Shown here piece after piece: positions 1 through 10,533 of a stretch of DNA of 56,012 bases; within the stretch, counting starts at the first letter, position 1; every line of letters begins with the position of its first letter. The stretch comes from Betaproteobacteria bacterium (GTDB taxonomy: Bacteria > Pseudomonadota > Gammaproteobacteria > Burkholderiales > SG8-41): assembly GCA_031399805.1 (NCBI GenBank), contig JANNPG010000153.1, positions 1 to 56,012 on the forward strand. The letters are read 5' to 3'. The notes beneath the pieces are model-generated. The model searched no databases, had not been told where the DNA came from, and saw only the letters and a list, made by a program, of their open reading frames with translations. Both the position numbers and the translations under genes were made by a program.

Positions 1-77
1 ACACCGCATCCAGCAAAATCTTCAGGTAGTGGCTCGCCGTCGGGTCGCAGTGCAGATAGAGGCTGCCGGTGGGCTTC
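1..77 (-). pseudogene. Fragment of an N6/N4-type DNA methyltransferase; continues off the window edge and has lost its N-terminal part
   Basis: The minus-strand translation of nt 1-77 reads [28 protein letters not shown] recognise this as the conserved block that follows the DPPY motif in N6_N4_Mtase-family enzymes. Above about nt 77 the reading frame becomes antisense of galU and loses all similarity. Confidence 0.5.
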
Positions 78-896
78 AGTCTGCCGGCGACCAAGGCAAG
101 TCCCAAGGAAATGCTGCCGGTCGTCGACAAGCCGCTCATTCAGTACGCGGTGGAGGAAGCCGTCGCCGCGGGGATTACCGAACTGGTATTCATCACCGGC
201 CGCAGCAAGCGCGCGATCGAAGATCATTTCGACAAAGCATTTGAAGTGGAATCCGAGCTGACCACGCGCGGCAAGCACGCCATGCTGGCCATGGTGCGCG
301 ATGTCGTGCCGCGCCACGTTAAATGCATCTACGTACGCCAGCAGGAAACACTCGGGCTGGGACATGCCGTGCTGTGCGCACAGCCGGTGGTCGGCGAGCA
401 TCCGTTCGCAGTCATCCTCGCCGATGATCTGATCGACGCGAAGCCTTCCGTCATGAAGCAGATGGTCGAGGTTTACCGGCGTGAACGCTGCACCCTGCTC
501 GGCGTGCAGAAGGTCGCGCGCGCAGAAACCCGCCAGTATGGGATCGTCAAGCCGGGACGCCGCAACGGAAAACTGCATCAGGTGGCAGGGATCGTCGAAA
601 AGCCGCGGCCGGCAGCCGCGCCGTCGCGACTGGGCGTGGTAGGGCGTTATATCCTCACGCCGCGAATATTTCATCATCTGCGGCACGCGCGGCCGGGTGC
701 CGGGGGCGAGATCCAGCTCACGGACGGTATCGCCGCGCTGCTTGCCGACGAACCGGTGACGGCATATGAATTCGACGGCGTGCGTTACGATTGCGGCAGC
801 AAGCTGGGCTATCTCAAAGCGAACGTTGCTTACGGGCTCAAGCATCCGGAAGTGGCGCGCGAATTCGCGAAGCACCTGGCGAAATTGCGTCTCTGA
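69..896 (+). CDS. galU: UTP--glucose-1-phosphate uridylyltransferase (GalU), 5'-truncated and possibly non-functional
   Basis: [27 protein letters not shown] and the rest of the protein are typical GalU. The N-terminal AGLGTRF nucleotide-binding loop is missing: an in-frame TAG lies at 57-59, and only GTG 69 (MGFSLPATK) is available as a start. Confidence 0.75.
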   Translation: MGFSLPATKASPKEMLPVVDKPLIQYAVEEAVAAGITELVFITGRSKRAIEDHFDKAFEVESELTTRGKHAMLAMVRDVVPRHVKCIYVRQQETLGLGHAVLCAQPVVGEHPFAVILADDLIDAKPSVMKQMVEVYRRERCTLLGVQKVARAETRQYGIVKPGRRNGKLHQVAGIVEKPRPAAAPSRLGVVGRYILTPRIFHHLRHARPGAGGEIQLTDGIAALLADEPVTAYEFDGVRYDCGSKLGYLKANVAYGLKHPEVAREFAKHLAKLRL

Positions 897-925
897 GCGG
901 CCGGCACGATGCGGGAGACACGTTG

Positions 926-1480
926 ATGTTGGCAGCGGCCGATGCAGAGGAATTACTGAAGACCGCGGAGCCTGTATGTTCGGCGGCGGTCGTGGACCGC
1001 ACGGTGCGGCGCATGGCGGCGGAGATTTCCGCCGCGTTTGCGACCCTGAATCCGCTGGTGTTGAGCGTAATGAGCGGGGCGGTCGTGTTCAGCGGGCAGT
1101 TATTGCCCCTGCTGAAGTTCCCGCTGGCTTTCGATTACATACACCTGACGCGTTACGGCAACGCCACCCGCGGCGGCCGCATCGAGTGGAAGGTATTTCC
1201 GGCCGACGCGGTTGCGGGACGCGTGGTACTGGTACTCGATGACATTCTCGACGAAGGGCATACCCTGCTCGAAATCCGGCGGCGGGTGCTGGAAGCCGGT
1301 GCCAGCCGGTTTTATGCAGCGGTGTTTGCCGACAAGGAGATCGGCAGACCCAAGCCGATTGCCGCCGATTTTGTGGGCATCCGGCTGCCGAACCGTTATG
1401 TCTTCGGCTTCGGCATGGACGTCAAAGGCGCATGGCGGAATTTACCTGACATCTACGCACTTAAGAACGGTAAGGAGTGA
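926..1480 (+). CDS. Hypoxanthine/guanine phosphoribosyltransferase-family protein
   Basis: PRPP-binding motif VVLVLDDILDEGHTL. The size (184 aa) and the ATG at 926 fit the family. The longer ORF from 791 overlaps the end of galU. Confidence 0.8.
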   Translation: MLAAADAEELLKTAEPVCSAAVVDRTVRRMAAEISAAFATLNPLVLSVMSGAVVFSGQLLPLLKFPLAFDYIHLTRYGNATRGGRIEWKVFPADAVAGRVVLVLDDILDEGHTLLEIRRRVLEAGASRFYAAVFADKEIGRPKPIAADFVGIRLPNRYVFGFGMDVKGAWRNLPDIYALKNGKE

Positions 1481-1624
1481 GGCGTGAGGAGCGAGGCGGC
1501 AACAAACGCGTTGTGGCATAACAAACTTTATTTCGGTTTCTGGTGGTTGCAAGGCCCGACCGCGGGCATGGCGCGCGCTGTCCGCAGTTTTGCATTTTTT
1601 TTCACTTCACGCGTCGCGCCTCAC
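1477..1624. repeat. Intergenic element: three direct heptamers GTGAGGC-GTGAGGA-GCGAGGC (1477-1497), a 106-nt spacer, then three inverted heptamers ACTTCAC-GCGTCGC-GCCTCAC (1604-1624)
   Basis: Read directly from the sequence. The first heptamer contains the upstream TGA stop (1478-1480). The last heptamer ends 11 nt before ATG 1636. A second copy with the same architecture lies at 28577-28724. Confidence 0.7.
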
Positions 1625-1635
1625 GCCTTTCTGCC

Positions 1636-2382
1636 ATGTTAGCGATCATCGGCGGCAGCGGCTTTGCGCACATGTCCAACCTCGAGTCGATTCGACGCGA
1701 AGTGGTGCGCACCCCCTATGGCGAGCCGTCGGGCGCGCTCACTTTCGGCAGCATCGCCGGGCATGCGGTCGTTTTTCTGGCGCGTCACGGCTACGGTCAT
1801 ACGATACCGCCGCACCAGATCAATTACCGCGCGAATATCTGGGCCTTGCACGCGCGCGGCGCAAAAAAAGTGGTGGCGATCGCGGCAGTCGGCGGTATAC
1901 GCAGCGGCCTCGAACCCGGCGCCGTCGTGGTTCCTGATCAGATCATCGACTATACGCACGGTCGGGCCGGCACTTTTTTTGAATTGGAAGGCCGCGGCGT
2001 GCAGCACATCGACTTCACTCTGCCGTATTCGCCGAAGCTCCGCGCGGCGTGTCTGGAAGCGGCGCGGCAGGCCGGCGAGCCGGTGGTCGACGGCGGAGTT
2101 TATGCCGCGACCCAGGGTCCGCGCCTTGAAACCGCGGCCGAAATCAATCGGCTCGAGCGCGATGGTGCCGACGTGGTTGGCATGACCGGCATGCCGGAAG
2201 CAGTACTCGCGCGGGAAATTGGCCTGTCTTACGCAACGTTGGCCATCGTTGTCAATCATGCGGCGGGACGCGGTGCCAGCCATACGGGGATCGCCTTGGA
2301 CGCGATGGCGGTGATCCTGCAGCAGGCCATAGGCCGCGTGCAGCGCATCATCGAACACATCGTGAAATTGAATGGCGGTTAG
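1636..2382 (+). CDS. mtnP: S-methyl-5'-thioadenosine/thioinosine phosphorylase (PNP/MTAP family)
   Basis: [10 protein letters not shown]-terminus, [22 protein letters not shown], and [14 protein letters not shown]. Confidence 0.85.
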   Translation: MLAIIGGSGFAHMSNLESIRREVVRTPYGEPSGALTFGSIAGHAVVFLARHGYGHTIPPHQINYRANIWALHARGAKKVVAIAAVGGIRSGLEPGAVVVPDQIIDYTHGRAGTFFELEGRGVQHIDFTLPYSPKLRAACLEAARQAGEPVVDGGVYAATQGPRLETAAEINRLERDGADVVGMTGMPEAVLAREIGLSYATLAIVVNHAAGRGASHTGIALDAMAVILQQAIGRVQRIIEHIVKLNGG

Positions 2383-2905
2383 AGACGTATTGAGAATGGG
2401 CGACCCGCGGCTGCTCGAACGCGCGAATCCGGTCGAGAAATTCGGCACGCCGGAATTGCAGGCATTGCTTGCCGACATGCAGGATACGATGGCTGCGCTC
2501 GATGGCGCGGGGCTCGCGGCGCCGCAGATCGGCGTTGGATTGCAGGTGGTCATTTTCGGTATCGAGAACAACCCGCGCTATCGTGATGCCGAGGTGGTGC
2601 CGTACACCGTATTGATCAATCCGGCGTTGACGCCGCTGGGCGACGAAATGGAGGACGGCTGGGAGGGTTGTTTATCCGTGCCGGGCATGCGTGGCGTGGT
2701 GCCGCGCTTCAGGCGCCTGCGCTACCAGGGCTGCGACCAGCACGGCCAGCCGATCGATCGCAGCGTCGATGGATTTCATGCCCGCGTGGTGCAGCACGAA
2801 TGCGATCATCTGATCGGCGTGCTGTATCCAATGCGCATTCGCGACTTCAGCCGCTTCGGTTTTACCGACGTATTGTTTCCCGGCGAAGAGGTCCTTGACG
2901 AGTGA
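2372..2905 (+). CDS. def: Peptide deformylase
   Basis: Motifs [16 protein letters not shown] and QHECDHLIG. Confidence 0.95.
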   Translation: MAVRDVLRMGDPRLLERANPVEKFGTPELQALLADMQDTMAALDGAGLAAPQIGVGLQVVIFGIENNPRYRDAEVVPYTVLINPALTPLGDEMEDGWEGCLSVPGMRGVVPRFRRLRYQGCDQHGQPIDRSVDGFHARVVQHECDHLIGVLYPMRIRDFSRFGFTDVLFPGEEVLDE

Positions 2906-2922
2906 GAGGCAGGATTCCTGCC

Positions 2923-5517
2923 TTAGGTTTGCATTTCGCGTATCAGGTCGCTTTCGAGCCTGATGACTTGTTTCGGATCGCTGAGCGCGGCGCCGCTGAT
3001 CAGGAACACGTCCTCAGCGCGGTCGCCGAGCGTATTGACCTTGGCGGTGTACAGATTGATCTGGTAATCGACCAGGCAGCGCGCGATGCGCGACAGCAAC
3101 CCCGGCCGGTCGCCGGCGATGATCTGCAGCACCTTGAACTGTCCGCGCTCGTCCGCGTCGATACGGACTTCGGGGGTGATCGGGAAGTGTTTGAGCTGGC
3201 GACTCAGGCGACCCCGTGTCGGCGGTTCAAGCGGTGTTTGCTCGAGCAGGCGTTGCCCGAGTTCGTATTCGATGTAGCCGATCAAATCGCGGTATTGCGG
3301 ATTTTTGTTGGTCGGATCGAGAATCTGGAAGCTGTCGAGCGCATAGCCGTGGCGCGTGGTGTAGATTTTTGCCTCGACTATCGAATAACTGATGCGTTCG
3401 AAGAAGCCGCAGATCCGCGCGAAGAGATCTTTCTGGTCGCGCACGTAAATCATGACCTGCAGCCCTTCGCCGGCCGGTGACAGGCGTGTCTTGACGACCG
3501 GCGCCGGCGTATCGACGCGGTAGTTCAGCAGCCGTGTGTGCCACGCGATTTCATCCACACCGTGGCGCAGAAAGTAGGCAATGTCCAGCTGCGACCACAA
3601 TTTTTCGGTGGCGTCATCCTTGATCGCATACAGCCGCAGTTTGGCCTTGACCGCATCCTGCCGCAGTTGCAGGCTGCTTTCGAGTGAGCGCGTATCTCCG
3701 GTGAGGCGGCGACGGGTCACGCGGAACAGATCTTCCAGCAGCTTTGCCTTCCATCCGTTCCATACTTTTGGACTGGTGCCGCGTATGTCAGCAACCGTCA
3801 GGAGGTAAAGCGCGACAAGATGGCGGTCGTCGCCAACGCGTGTTGCGAAAGCGTCGATGACGGCGGGATCCGAGAGATCCTGTTTTTGTGCGGTGGCCGA
3901 CATCACGAGATGACTTTCCACGAGCCATGCCACGAGTTCAGCATCGGCATGCGACAGGCCGTGTTCGCGGCAGAATCTGAGCGCATCGACCTTGCCGAGC
4001 GCAGAGTGGTCGCCGCCGCGTCCCTTCGCGATGTCGTGGAACAAACCCGCCAGATACAACAGCTCGGGACGGTCGAAATCGCTCATGAGACGGCTGCTCA
4101 GGGGGAATTCGTGCGCGAGTTCGGGCACCGCGAACCGTCGCAGGTTGCGCACGACATTCAGAATGTGCTCGTCAACGGTGTAGACATGATAGAGATCGTG
4201 CTGCATCTGGCCGACGATCCGTCCGAATGCCGGAATATAACGGCCGAGAATGCCGTATTGATTCATGCGCTTTAATTCGCGCACGACGCGCGACGGGCTG
4301 CACAGAATCTGCATGAACAGCTTGCGGTTCGCCGGGTCGCGCCGGAATTCGGGATTGATCTGGCTGCCGGCGCGCCACAATGCGCGCAGCGTCGCGGCCG
4401 CCATGCCTTTCAAATCGTGGCGCTGCTGCAAAATGAAAAAGGCTTCGAGCATGGCGCCCGGCTCCCGTCTGAACAATCCTTCGTCGCAGGCTTCGAGCAG
4501 CTCGTTGCGGGCAAAGAAACGATCGTTAATTTTCCGGATGGCGCGATTGCGCGACGGAAAAATAAGGGTTCCAAGGTTCTGCAGCACTATCGTGTTCAAC
4601 TGGCTGATTTCAATTGCAGTGCGGTAAAAGCGCTGCATCAGGTGCTCGCTGGCGCGGCGATGCGCCGTATCGCGAAGGCCCATTTGTGTTGCCAGTTCAG
4701 TCTGCACGTCGAATACGAGGCGCTCTTCGCGCCGTCCCGCCAGGTAATGCAGCCGGATGCGCAGATTTTGCAGAAATGCCTCGTGCTTCCGGAGCAGTGC
4801 GGCTTCGCGCCGGGTGATGATTTCGCGTTTGACGAGATCCGACCAGCGTGTGCCGACTCCCGCCGCCTTGCCGATCCAGATTATGGTCTGCAGATCGCGC
4901 AGGCCGCCGGCGGTTTCCTTTATGTTGGGTTCGAGATTGGTGTCGTGATAGCGCACATGGCGCTGTTCCTGTTCGAGGCGTTTGGCTTTGGTGAATTGCT
5001 GCGGGTCGAGCGCGCGCAGGAATTCTTTTTCAAACCGGCGATAGAGCTTGCGCTCGCCGACGAGCAGGCGCGCTTCGAGCAGGCTCGTCTGTATGGTCAC
5101 ATCGTTGGCCGCGAGTTCTATGCATTCGGCCACGGTACGCACGCTGTGCCCCACGTCGAGCCCGATATCCCACAGCAGACTGATAAATTGTTCGAGATTC
5201 TGCGTTAGCGCTTCATCGGCGGCGCGCGGGAGCAGGATCAGGAGGTCGATGTCTGAATACGGAAATAGCTGGCCGCGACCATAACCGCCGACCGCCGCCA
5301 ACGCGACACCGGCGGGCATTCCGACCTGCTGCCATACGGATTTTAGCGTGGCGTCGATGAGCTTGCGCTGCTCGCGCAGCAACTCCGGCGCCGAGTTGTT
5401 GTTGCGGTAGCGCTCGCGCAGCGCCGCGCGGTGTTCGGCGAGCCGTTGTTTTAAGCGCGCGCCAGGCGGCTGAAGCGTGGCTGATTGCGCTGGCAGCAGC
5501 TGCGATGCGCTAACCAT
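2923..5517 (-). CDS. glnD: Bifunctional [protein-PII] uridylyltransferase/uridylyl-removing enzyme
   Basis: Nucleotidyltransferase (GGYGRGQLFPYSDIDLLIL), an HD domain (HDIAKGRGGDHS) and two C-terminal ACT-like regions. I chose start ATG 5517 because the longer ORF would run into map. Confidence 0.9.
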   Translation of the reverse strand: MVSASQLLPAQSATLQPPGARLKQRLAEHRAALRERYRNNNSAPELLREQRKLIDATLKSVWQQVGMPAGVALAAVGGYGRGQLFPYSDIDLLILLPRAADEALTQNLEQFISLLWDIGLDVGHSVRTVAECIELAANDVTIQTSLLEARLLVGERKLYRRFEKEFLRALDPQQFTKAKRLEQEQRHVRYHDTNLEPNIKETAGGLRDLQTIIWIGKAAGVGTRWSDLVKREIITRREAALLRKHEAFLQNLRIRLHYLAGRREERLVFDVQTELATQMGLRDTAHRRASEHLMQRFYRTAIEISQLNTIVLQNLGTLIFPSRNRAIRKINDRFFARNELLEACDEGLFRREPGAMLEAFFILQQRHDLKGMAAATLRALWRAGSQINPEFRRDPANRKLFMQILCSPSRVVRELKRMNQYGILGRYIPAFGRIVGQMQHDLYHVYTVDEHILNVVRNLRRFAVPELAHEFPLSSRLMSDFDRPELLYLAGLFHDIAKGRGGDHSALGKVDALRFCREHGLSHADAELVAWLVESHLVMSATAQKQDLSDPAVIDAFATRVGDDRHLVALYLLTVADIRGTSPKVWNGWKAKLLEDLFRVTRRRLTGDTRSLESSLQLRQDAVKAKLRLYAIKDDATEKLWSQLDIAYFLRHGVDEIAWHTRLLNYRVDTPAPVVKTRLSPAGEGLQVMIYVRDQKDLFARICGFFERISYSIVEAKIYTTRHGYALDSFQILDPTNKNPQYRDLIGYIEYELGQRLLEQTPLEPPTRGRLSRQLKHFPITPEVRIDADERGQFKVLQIIAGDRPGLLSRIARCLVDYQINLYTAKVNTLGDRAEDVFLISGAALSDPKQVIRLESDLIREMQT

Positions 5518-6322
5518 GCCGGGTGTTAATGAAGTCCGGCGGTGGCGGCGCGCCCGCGGATACCGTGAGTACTTCGAAACCGTCATCGGTGACCAGCACG
5601 GTGTGCTCCCACTGTGCGGACAGGCTGTGATCCTTGGTCACGATCGTCCACCCGTCGGCCAGTTGGCGAATGTCGGCGCGCCCGGCGTTGATCATGGGCT
5701 CGATGGTAAACGTCATGCCCGCCGCGAGCTGCATGCCGGAGCCCGCGCGGCCATAATGCAGCACCTGGGGTTCTTCGTGAAATTTGCGGCCGATACCGTG
5801 ACCGCAGAATTCACGTACCACACTGCAGCCGTAATCTTCGGCGCAGGTCTGGATGGTGTGGCCGATATCGCCCAGATGCGTGCCCGCACGCACTTCGGCG
5901 ATCCCGCGCCACATGCATTCGTAGGTGATCTCGCACAGACGGCGCGCCTGCACGGCGGGCTGGGCGACGAAAAACATGCGGCTGGTGTCGCCGTGATAAC
6001 CGTCTTTGATCACCGTAACGTCGATATTGACGATATCTCCGGCCTTGAGTTTCTTGCCGCCCGGCACGCCGTGGCAGACGACGTGGTTGACCGAAGTGCA
6101 AACCGATTTCGGGTACGGCTGATAACCGGGCGGCGCATAGTTAAGCGGGGCGGGTATCGTATGTTGCACGTTCACCATGTAATCGTGACACAGACGGTCT
6201 ATGCCGTCGGTCGTGATGCCGGGCTTGACGTGCGGCGCGATAAAATCGAGCACTTCGGAGGCGAGATGACCCGCCACGCGCATTTTCACTATTTCTTCGG
6301 GCGTCTTGGCGGGCACAGTCAT
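5510..6322 (-). CDS. map: Type I methionine aminopeptidase
   Basis: MTVPAKTPEEIVKMRVAG aligns with the E. coli Map N-terminus. The metal ligands are in the expected context (VCHGVP, NIDVTV, GHGIG). Confidence 0.93.
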   Translation of the reverse strand: MTVPAKTPEEIVKMRVAGHLASEVLDFIAPHVKPGITTDGIDRLCHDYMVNVQHTIPAPLNYAPPGYQPYPKSVCTSVNHVVCHGVPGGKKLKAGDIVNIDVTVIKDGYHGDTSRMFFVAQPAVQARRLCEITYECMWRGIAEVRAGTHLGDIGHTIQTCAEDYGCSVVREFCGHGIGRKFHEEPQVLHYGRAGSGMQLAAGMTFTIEPMINAGRADIRQLADGWTIVTKDHSLSAQWEHTVLVTDDGFEVLTVSAGAPPPPDFINTRHG

Positions 6323-6467
6323 GTGAGGCGGGCGGCTATACATCGGGATTTATGCAATCAAATCAAAAGGAGCCGGATTCTAGTCCAGTTTTAACGCGGC
6401 TCCAAACGCGGCGGCTGCAAGCTCAACCCTGCAATTGTCTACGGGTCGACTCGCCGGTTACCACCGG

Positions 6468-6497
6468 TTGAGCAAAAGTCATTAAGGATGATATAAT
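6468..6497 (+). promoter_or_regulatory. Candidate sigma-70 promoter for rpsB-tsf
   Basis: TTGAGC (6468-6473), an 18-nt spacer, then TATAAT (6492-6497), about 135 nt upstream of the rpsB ATG. Confidence 0.5.
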
Positions 6498-6633
6498 TAC
6501 AAGCTGGTCTGAAACAAGCTCTGGAGTCAAATTCAGGAGCTTTTCAGTCTTAATTCGCACATCCGCCATGGTCAGGGTGCTCGGCAACGAGTGTACGTGG
6601 GTGGATGGAGGCTTAACCCTAACTGGAGATTGT

Positions 6634-7377
6634 ATGGCAACTAGCATGCGTGAAATGCTGGAGTGTGGTGTGCATTTCGGACACCAGACCCGCTACTGGA
6701 ACCCCAAGATGGCCCCGTTTATCTTCGGCCATCGCAATAAAATTCACATTATCAACCTCGAAAAGACACTGGCGCTGTACCAGGATGCGCTGAAATTCGT
6801 GCGCCAGATGACTTCGAACAAGGGCGTGATCCTGTTCGTCGGCACCAAACGGCAGGCGCGCGAGATCGTGAAGGAGGAGGCGCAACGTTGCGGTTCCCCG
6901 TACGTCGATCATCGCTGGCTTGGCGGCATGCTGACCAATTACAAGACGGTCAAGGCATCCATCAAGCGCCTGAAGGACATGGAAGGAATGGCGCAGGACG
7001 GCACGCTCGAGAAGCTGCTCAAGAAGGAAGCGCTTAACTATCAGCGCGAAATCGTCAAACTCGAGCGTAGTCTTGGCGGCATCAAGGACATGAACGGATT
7101 GCCGGATGCCCTGTTCGTGATCGACGTCGGTTATCACAAGGGCGCGGTTGCCGAGGCCAAAAAGCTCGGTATACCGATCATCGCCGTGGTCGACACGAAC
7201 CACAATCCTGAAGGTGTCGATTACGTGATTCCGGGCAACGACGATTCCAGCCGCGCAATCCAGCTTTACGCGCGCGGCGTTGCGGACGCCGTGATGGAAG
7301 GCCGCAACCAGGTGGTGCAGGAAATCATCAGTGACGAAGAGTTCGTCGAGGTCGACGACGCCGCGCCAGCGAAGTAA
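6634..7377 (+). CDS. rpsB: 30S ribosomal protein S2
   Basis: [22 protein letters not shown], with a GGAG ribosome-binding site upstream of ATG 6634. Confidence 0.96.
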   Translation: MATSMREMLECGVHFGHQTRYWNPKMAPFIFGHRNKIHIINLEKTLALYQDALKFVRQMTSNKGVILFVGTKRQAREIVKEEAQRCGSPYVDHRWLGGMLTNYKTVKASIKRLKDMEGMAQDGTLEKLLKKEALNYQREIVKLERSLGGIKDMNGLPDALFVIDVGYHKGAVAEAKKLGIPIIAVVDTNHNPEGVDYVIPGNDDSSRAIQLYARGVADAVMEGRNQVVQEIISDEEFVEVDDAAPAK

Positions 7378-7391
7378 CGGATGCCAACCGG

Positions 7392-7418
7392 AAAAGGGGC
7401 GTCAGCCCCTTTTTTTTA
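7392..7418 (+). terminator. Rho-independent terminator/attenuator between rpsB and tsf
   Basis: AAAAGGGGC-GTCA-GCCCCTTTT hairpin followed by a T-run. Confidence 0.75.
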
Positions 7419-7516
7419 AGCAGGAAAATGGGCAGACGTGCGTCACCCTGTCGAGATCCGGGGCAGGGGCGGAACGGATGAAGTTTAAGTCGGTTTATTA
7501 AAAGCTTGGAGTGGCA

Positions 7517-8419
7517 ATGGCGGAAATTACCGCGGGTATGGTCAGGGAATTGCGCGACAAGACCGACGCGCCCATGATGGAATGCAAAAAAGCGCTTACC
7601 GAAGCCAATGGCGATCTCTCCAGGGCCGAGGAAGTGCTGCGCATCAAACTCGGTAACAAGGCGAGCAAGGCATCGGCGCGGGTTACGGCCGAAGGCGTCG
7701 TTGCGGCATTCGTGTCGCCGGATGGTAAGCAGGGCGCGATTCTCGAAGTCAATTGCGAGACCGATTTTGTCGCCAAGAATGAGGATTTTCTCGGCTTCGC
7801 GAAGAAAGCCGCGGAACTTATCGCGACCAGAAATCCGGCTGATGTCGCCGCGCTGTCGGCCTCGTCGCTCGACGGTTCGACGGTTGACGAGGTGCGCAAA
7901 GCGCTGGTCGGCAAAATCGGTGAAAACGTATCGCTGCGGCGTTTCGCGCGCGTGGCGGCCGCGGGTCGCCTCGCGACTTATATTCACGGCGGAGCGAAGG
8001 TAGGCGTGCTTATCGACGTGGCGGGCGGCGATGAGACGCTGGCGAAAGACATCGCCATGCATGTCGCGGCGCTCAAGCCGGTCGCGCTGTCCAAAGACCA
8101 GATCCCGGCTGAACTGATCAGGCGCGAGCGCGATATCGCGCAGGCTAAAGCCGCCGAATCGGGCAAGCCGGCGAATATCGTGGAGAAGATGGTCGACGGC
8201 AGCGTGCAGAAATTTCTGAAGGAAGTAACCTTGCTCGGCCAGCCATTCGTAAAGGATGACAAGCAGACCGTCGAGCAACTGCTGAAGAGCAAAAGCGCGC
8301 AAGTCCACGCGTTTCATCTGTTTGTCGTCGGTGAAGGCCTGGAAAAACGCAAGGATGACTTCGCCGCCGAGGTCATGGCGCAGGCCAAACAGGCCAGCAA
8401 GGAAGCGCAGCCCAACTGA
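7517..8419 (+). CDS. tsf: Elongation factor Ts
   Basis: [27 protein letters not shown] and [16 protein letters not shown]. Confidence 0.96.
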   Translation: MAEITAGMVRELRDKTDAPMMECKKALTEANGDLSRAEEVLRIKLGNKASKASARVTAEGVVAAFVSPDGKQGAILEVNCETDFVAKNEDFLGFAKKAAELIATRNPADVAALSASSLDGSTVDEVRKALVGKIGENVSLRRFARVAAAGRLATYIHGGAKVGVLIDVAGGDETLAKDIAMHVAALKPVALSKDQIPAELIRRERDIAQAKAAESGKPANIVEKMVDGSVQKFLKEVTLLGQPFVKDDKQTVEQLLKSKSAQVHAFHLFVVGEGLEKRKDDFAAEVMAQAKQASKEAQPN

Positions 8420-8423
8420 CGCC

Positions 8424-9143
8424 ATGGTCGATCAACCCGCATATAAACGCGTTTTGCTCAAGTTGAGCGGCGAAGCGCTGATGGGCGAAGACAGTTATGG
8501 CATCAATCGGGCCACCATCGAACGCATTATTTCGGAAATAGCCGATGTCGTGGCGTTGGGCGTGGAAGTCGCGGTTGTGATCGGCGGCGGCAATATTTTT
8601 CGGGGCATGGCGCCTGCGGCGGCGGGCATGGACCGCGCCACCGCGGACTACATGGGCATGCTGGCGACCATCATGAACGCACTCGCCCTGCAGGACGCGA
8701 TGCGGCGGATGAACCTCGTCAGCCGCGTGCAGTCCGCGCTCAATATCGAGCAGGTGGTCGAGCCGTATATTCGGGGTAAAGCGATGCGTTACCTGGAAGA
8801 GGGCAAAGTGGTGATCTTCGCCGCCGGCACCGGCAATCCGTTTTTCACGACCGACACGGCGGCCGCGCTGCGCGGGATGGAGATGAATGTGAGTCTGGTA
8901 CTCAAGGCGACCAAGGTCGACGGCGTCTATACGGAAGATCCGAAAACCCACGCCGACGCCATGCGCTACAAAAGCCTTACCTTTGACGAGGCCATCATCA
9001 AGAATCTGAAAGTGATGGATGCGACAGCGCTGACGCTGTGCCGAGACCAGAAGCTGCCCATCAATGTTTTCAGCATTTTCAAGCCGGGCGCGTTCAAGCG
9101 TGTCGTTACCGGCGAGGACGAAGGCACGCTCGTGCACTGCTAG
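8424..9143 (+). CDS. pyrH: UMP kinase
   Basis: [23 protein letters not shown], and [14 protein letters not shown]. Confidence 0.95.
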   Translation: MVDQPAYKRVLLKLSGEALMGEDSYGINRATIERIISEIADVVALGVEVAVVIGGGNIFRGMAPAAAGMDRATADYMGMLATIMNALALQDAMRRMNLVSRVQSALNIEQVVEPYIRGKAMRYLEEGKVVIFAAGTGNPFFTTDTAAALRGMEMNVSLVLKATKVDGVYTEDPKTHADAMRYKSLTFDEAIIKNLKVMDATALTLCRDQKLPINVFSIFKPGAFKRVVTGEDEGTLVHC

Positions 9144-9155
9144 CGGGGAGCTCAT

Positions 9156-9713
9156 ATGATCGCCGACATCAAGAAATCCGCCGAAGAGAAAATGAAGAAA
9201 ACCCTGGAGACGCTAAAAGCCGATCTCGGGAAGGTTCGCACCGGCCGCGCGCACACCGGCCTGCTTGATCACGTGATGGTCGACTATTACGGCACGCCGA
9301 CGCCGATCAACGGCGTTGCGAACGTGACTTTACTCGATGCGCGCACGATCGCCGTCACGCCATGGGAAAAGAAAATGGTGGCGGCAGTGGACAAGGCGAT
9401 CCGCGAATCCGACTTGGGCCTTAATCCCGCGACGATGGGCGAGACGGTGCGCGTGCCGATGCCTGCGCTGACCGAGGAGCGCCGCAAGGACCTGATCAAG
9501 GTTGTTCACAAGGAAGCCGAAAGCGCGCGCGTTGCAGTGCGCAACATCCGGCGCGACGCGAACAATCATCTCAAGGATCTGCTCAAGCAGAAGAAGGTCG
9601 CCGAGGACGACGAGCGCCGCGCGCAGGACGACGTGCAGAAGCTGACCGACCGCCACGTTGCTGAAATCGACAAAGCGCTGGCTGCCAAAGAAGCCGATTT
9701 GATGGCGGTGTAG
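9156..9713 (+). CDS. frr: Ribosome recycling factor
   Basis: Typical Frr sequence ([20 protein letters not shown]), 185 aa. Confidence 0.95.
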   Translation: MIADIKKSAEEKMKKTLETLKADLGKVRTGRAHTGLLDHVMVDYYGTPTPINGVANVTLLDARTIAVTPWEKKMVAAVDKAIRESDLGLNPATMGETVRVPMPALTEERRKDLIKVVHKEAESARVAVRNIRRDANNHLKDLLKQKKVAEDDERRAQDDVQKLTDRHVAEIDKALAAKEADLMAV

Positions 9714-9720
9714 GGTACGC

Positions 9721-10509
9721 GTGGCTAACGACAGTTCCACCCTCGCAATTCCCGCCACGGGCGCCGTCCCGCGCCATATTGCTATCATCATGGACGGCAA
9801 TGGCCGCTGGGCCAGGCAGCGTTTCCTGCCGCGCATTGCCGGACACCGCCGGGGTGTTGAAAACGTGCGCAGCACGGTGCGGGCGTGCGTCGAAAACGGG
9901 GTGGAATTTCTGACTCTGTTTGCATTCAGCAGCGAGAACTGGCGTCGCCCCGCGGAAGAAGTTTCATTCCTGATGCAAATGTTCATCGCGGCGCTCGAGC
10001 AGGAAATCGCAAAACTGCACGACAACGGCGTGCGCTTCAAGGCCATCGGCGATTTATCGCGCTTTGAGCGGCCGCTGCGGCAACTGGTCGGCGAAGCCGA
10101 GGAGTTGACGCACGACAACACGCGGCTGACGCTGACGGTGGCCGCCAATTACGGGGGGCGCTGGGACATGATCCAGGCGGTGACCCGTATGCTGGAGGCG
10201 AAGCCGCAATTGGCAGCCGGTTTTTCTGAAACCGATCTGCTGCCCTACCTGTCGCTTGCTTATGCACCGGAACCGGATCTGTTCATACGCACCGGGGGCG
10301 AACAGCGGATGAGTAATTTCCTGCTGTGGCAACTCGCTTACACGGAGCTGTATTTCACCGAAACGTTATGGCCTGATTTCGATATCGCGGCATTCGATCT
10401 GGCTATCGCATCCTATCAACAACGCGAGCGCCGCTTCGGACGTACCAGCGAGCAGTTACGCGAAGACGGGTCGAAAAATAAGTTGCGCCACGCGTCCGAC
10501 GTCCGCTAG
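9721..10509 (+). CDS. uppS: Di-trans,poly-cis-undecaprenyl-diphosphate synthase
   Basis: [13 protein letters not shown] and [11 protein letters not shown] motifs; GTG start. Confidence 0.93.
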   Translation: MANDSSTLAIPATGAVPRHIAIIMDGNGRWARQRFLPRIAGHRRGVENVRSTVRACVENGVEFLTLFAFSSENWRRPAEEVSFLMQMFIAALEQEIAKLHDNGVRFKAIGDLSRFERPLRQLVGEAEELTHDNTRLTLTVAANYGGRWDMIQAVTRMLEAKPQLAAGFSETDLLPYLSLAYAPEPDLFIRTGGEQRMSNFLLWQLAYTELYFTETLWPDFDIAAFDLAIASYQQRERRFGRTSEQLREDGSKNKLRHASDVR

Positions 10510-10533
10510 CCGCGACCGGGCAACCGGCTTGCT

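Noticed and set aside
1639-2571. 310-aa ORF on the minus strand opposite mtnP and def.
   Set aside because: It is Arg/Ala/Gly-rich and low in complexity, with no recognisable motifs. It lies fully antisense to two genes with strong family signatures, which is typical of a GC-rich shadow ORF.
7328-8425. 365-aa minus-strand ORF covering the whole of tsf.
   Set aside because: It is antisense to a highly conserved EF-Ts gene. It has no motifs and a biased Arg/Leu/Phe composition, so I treat it as a shadow ORF.
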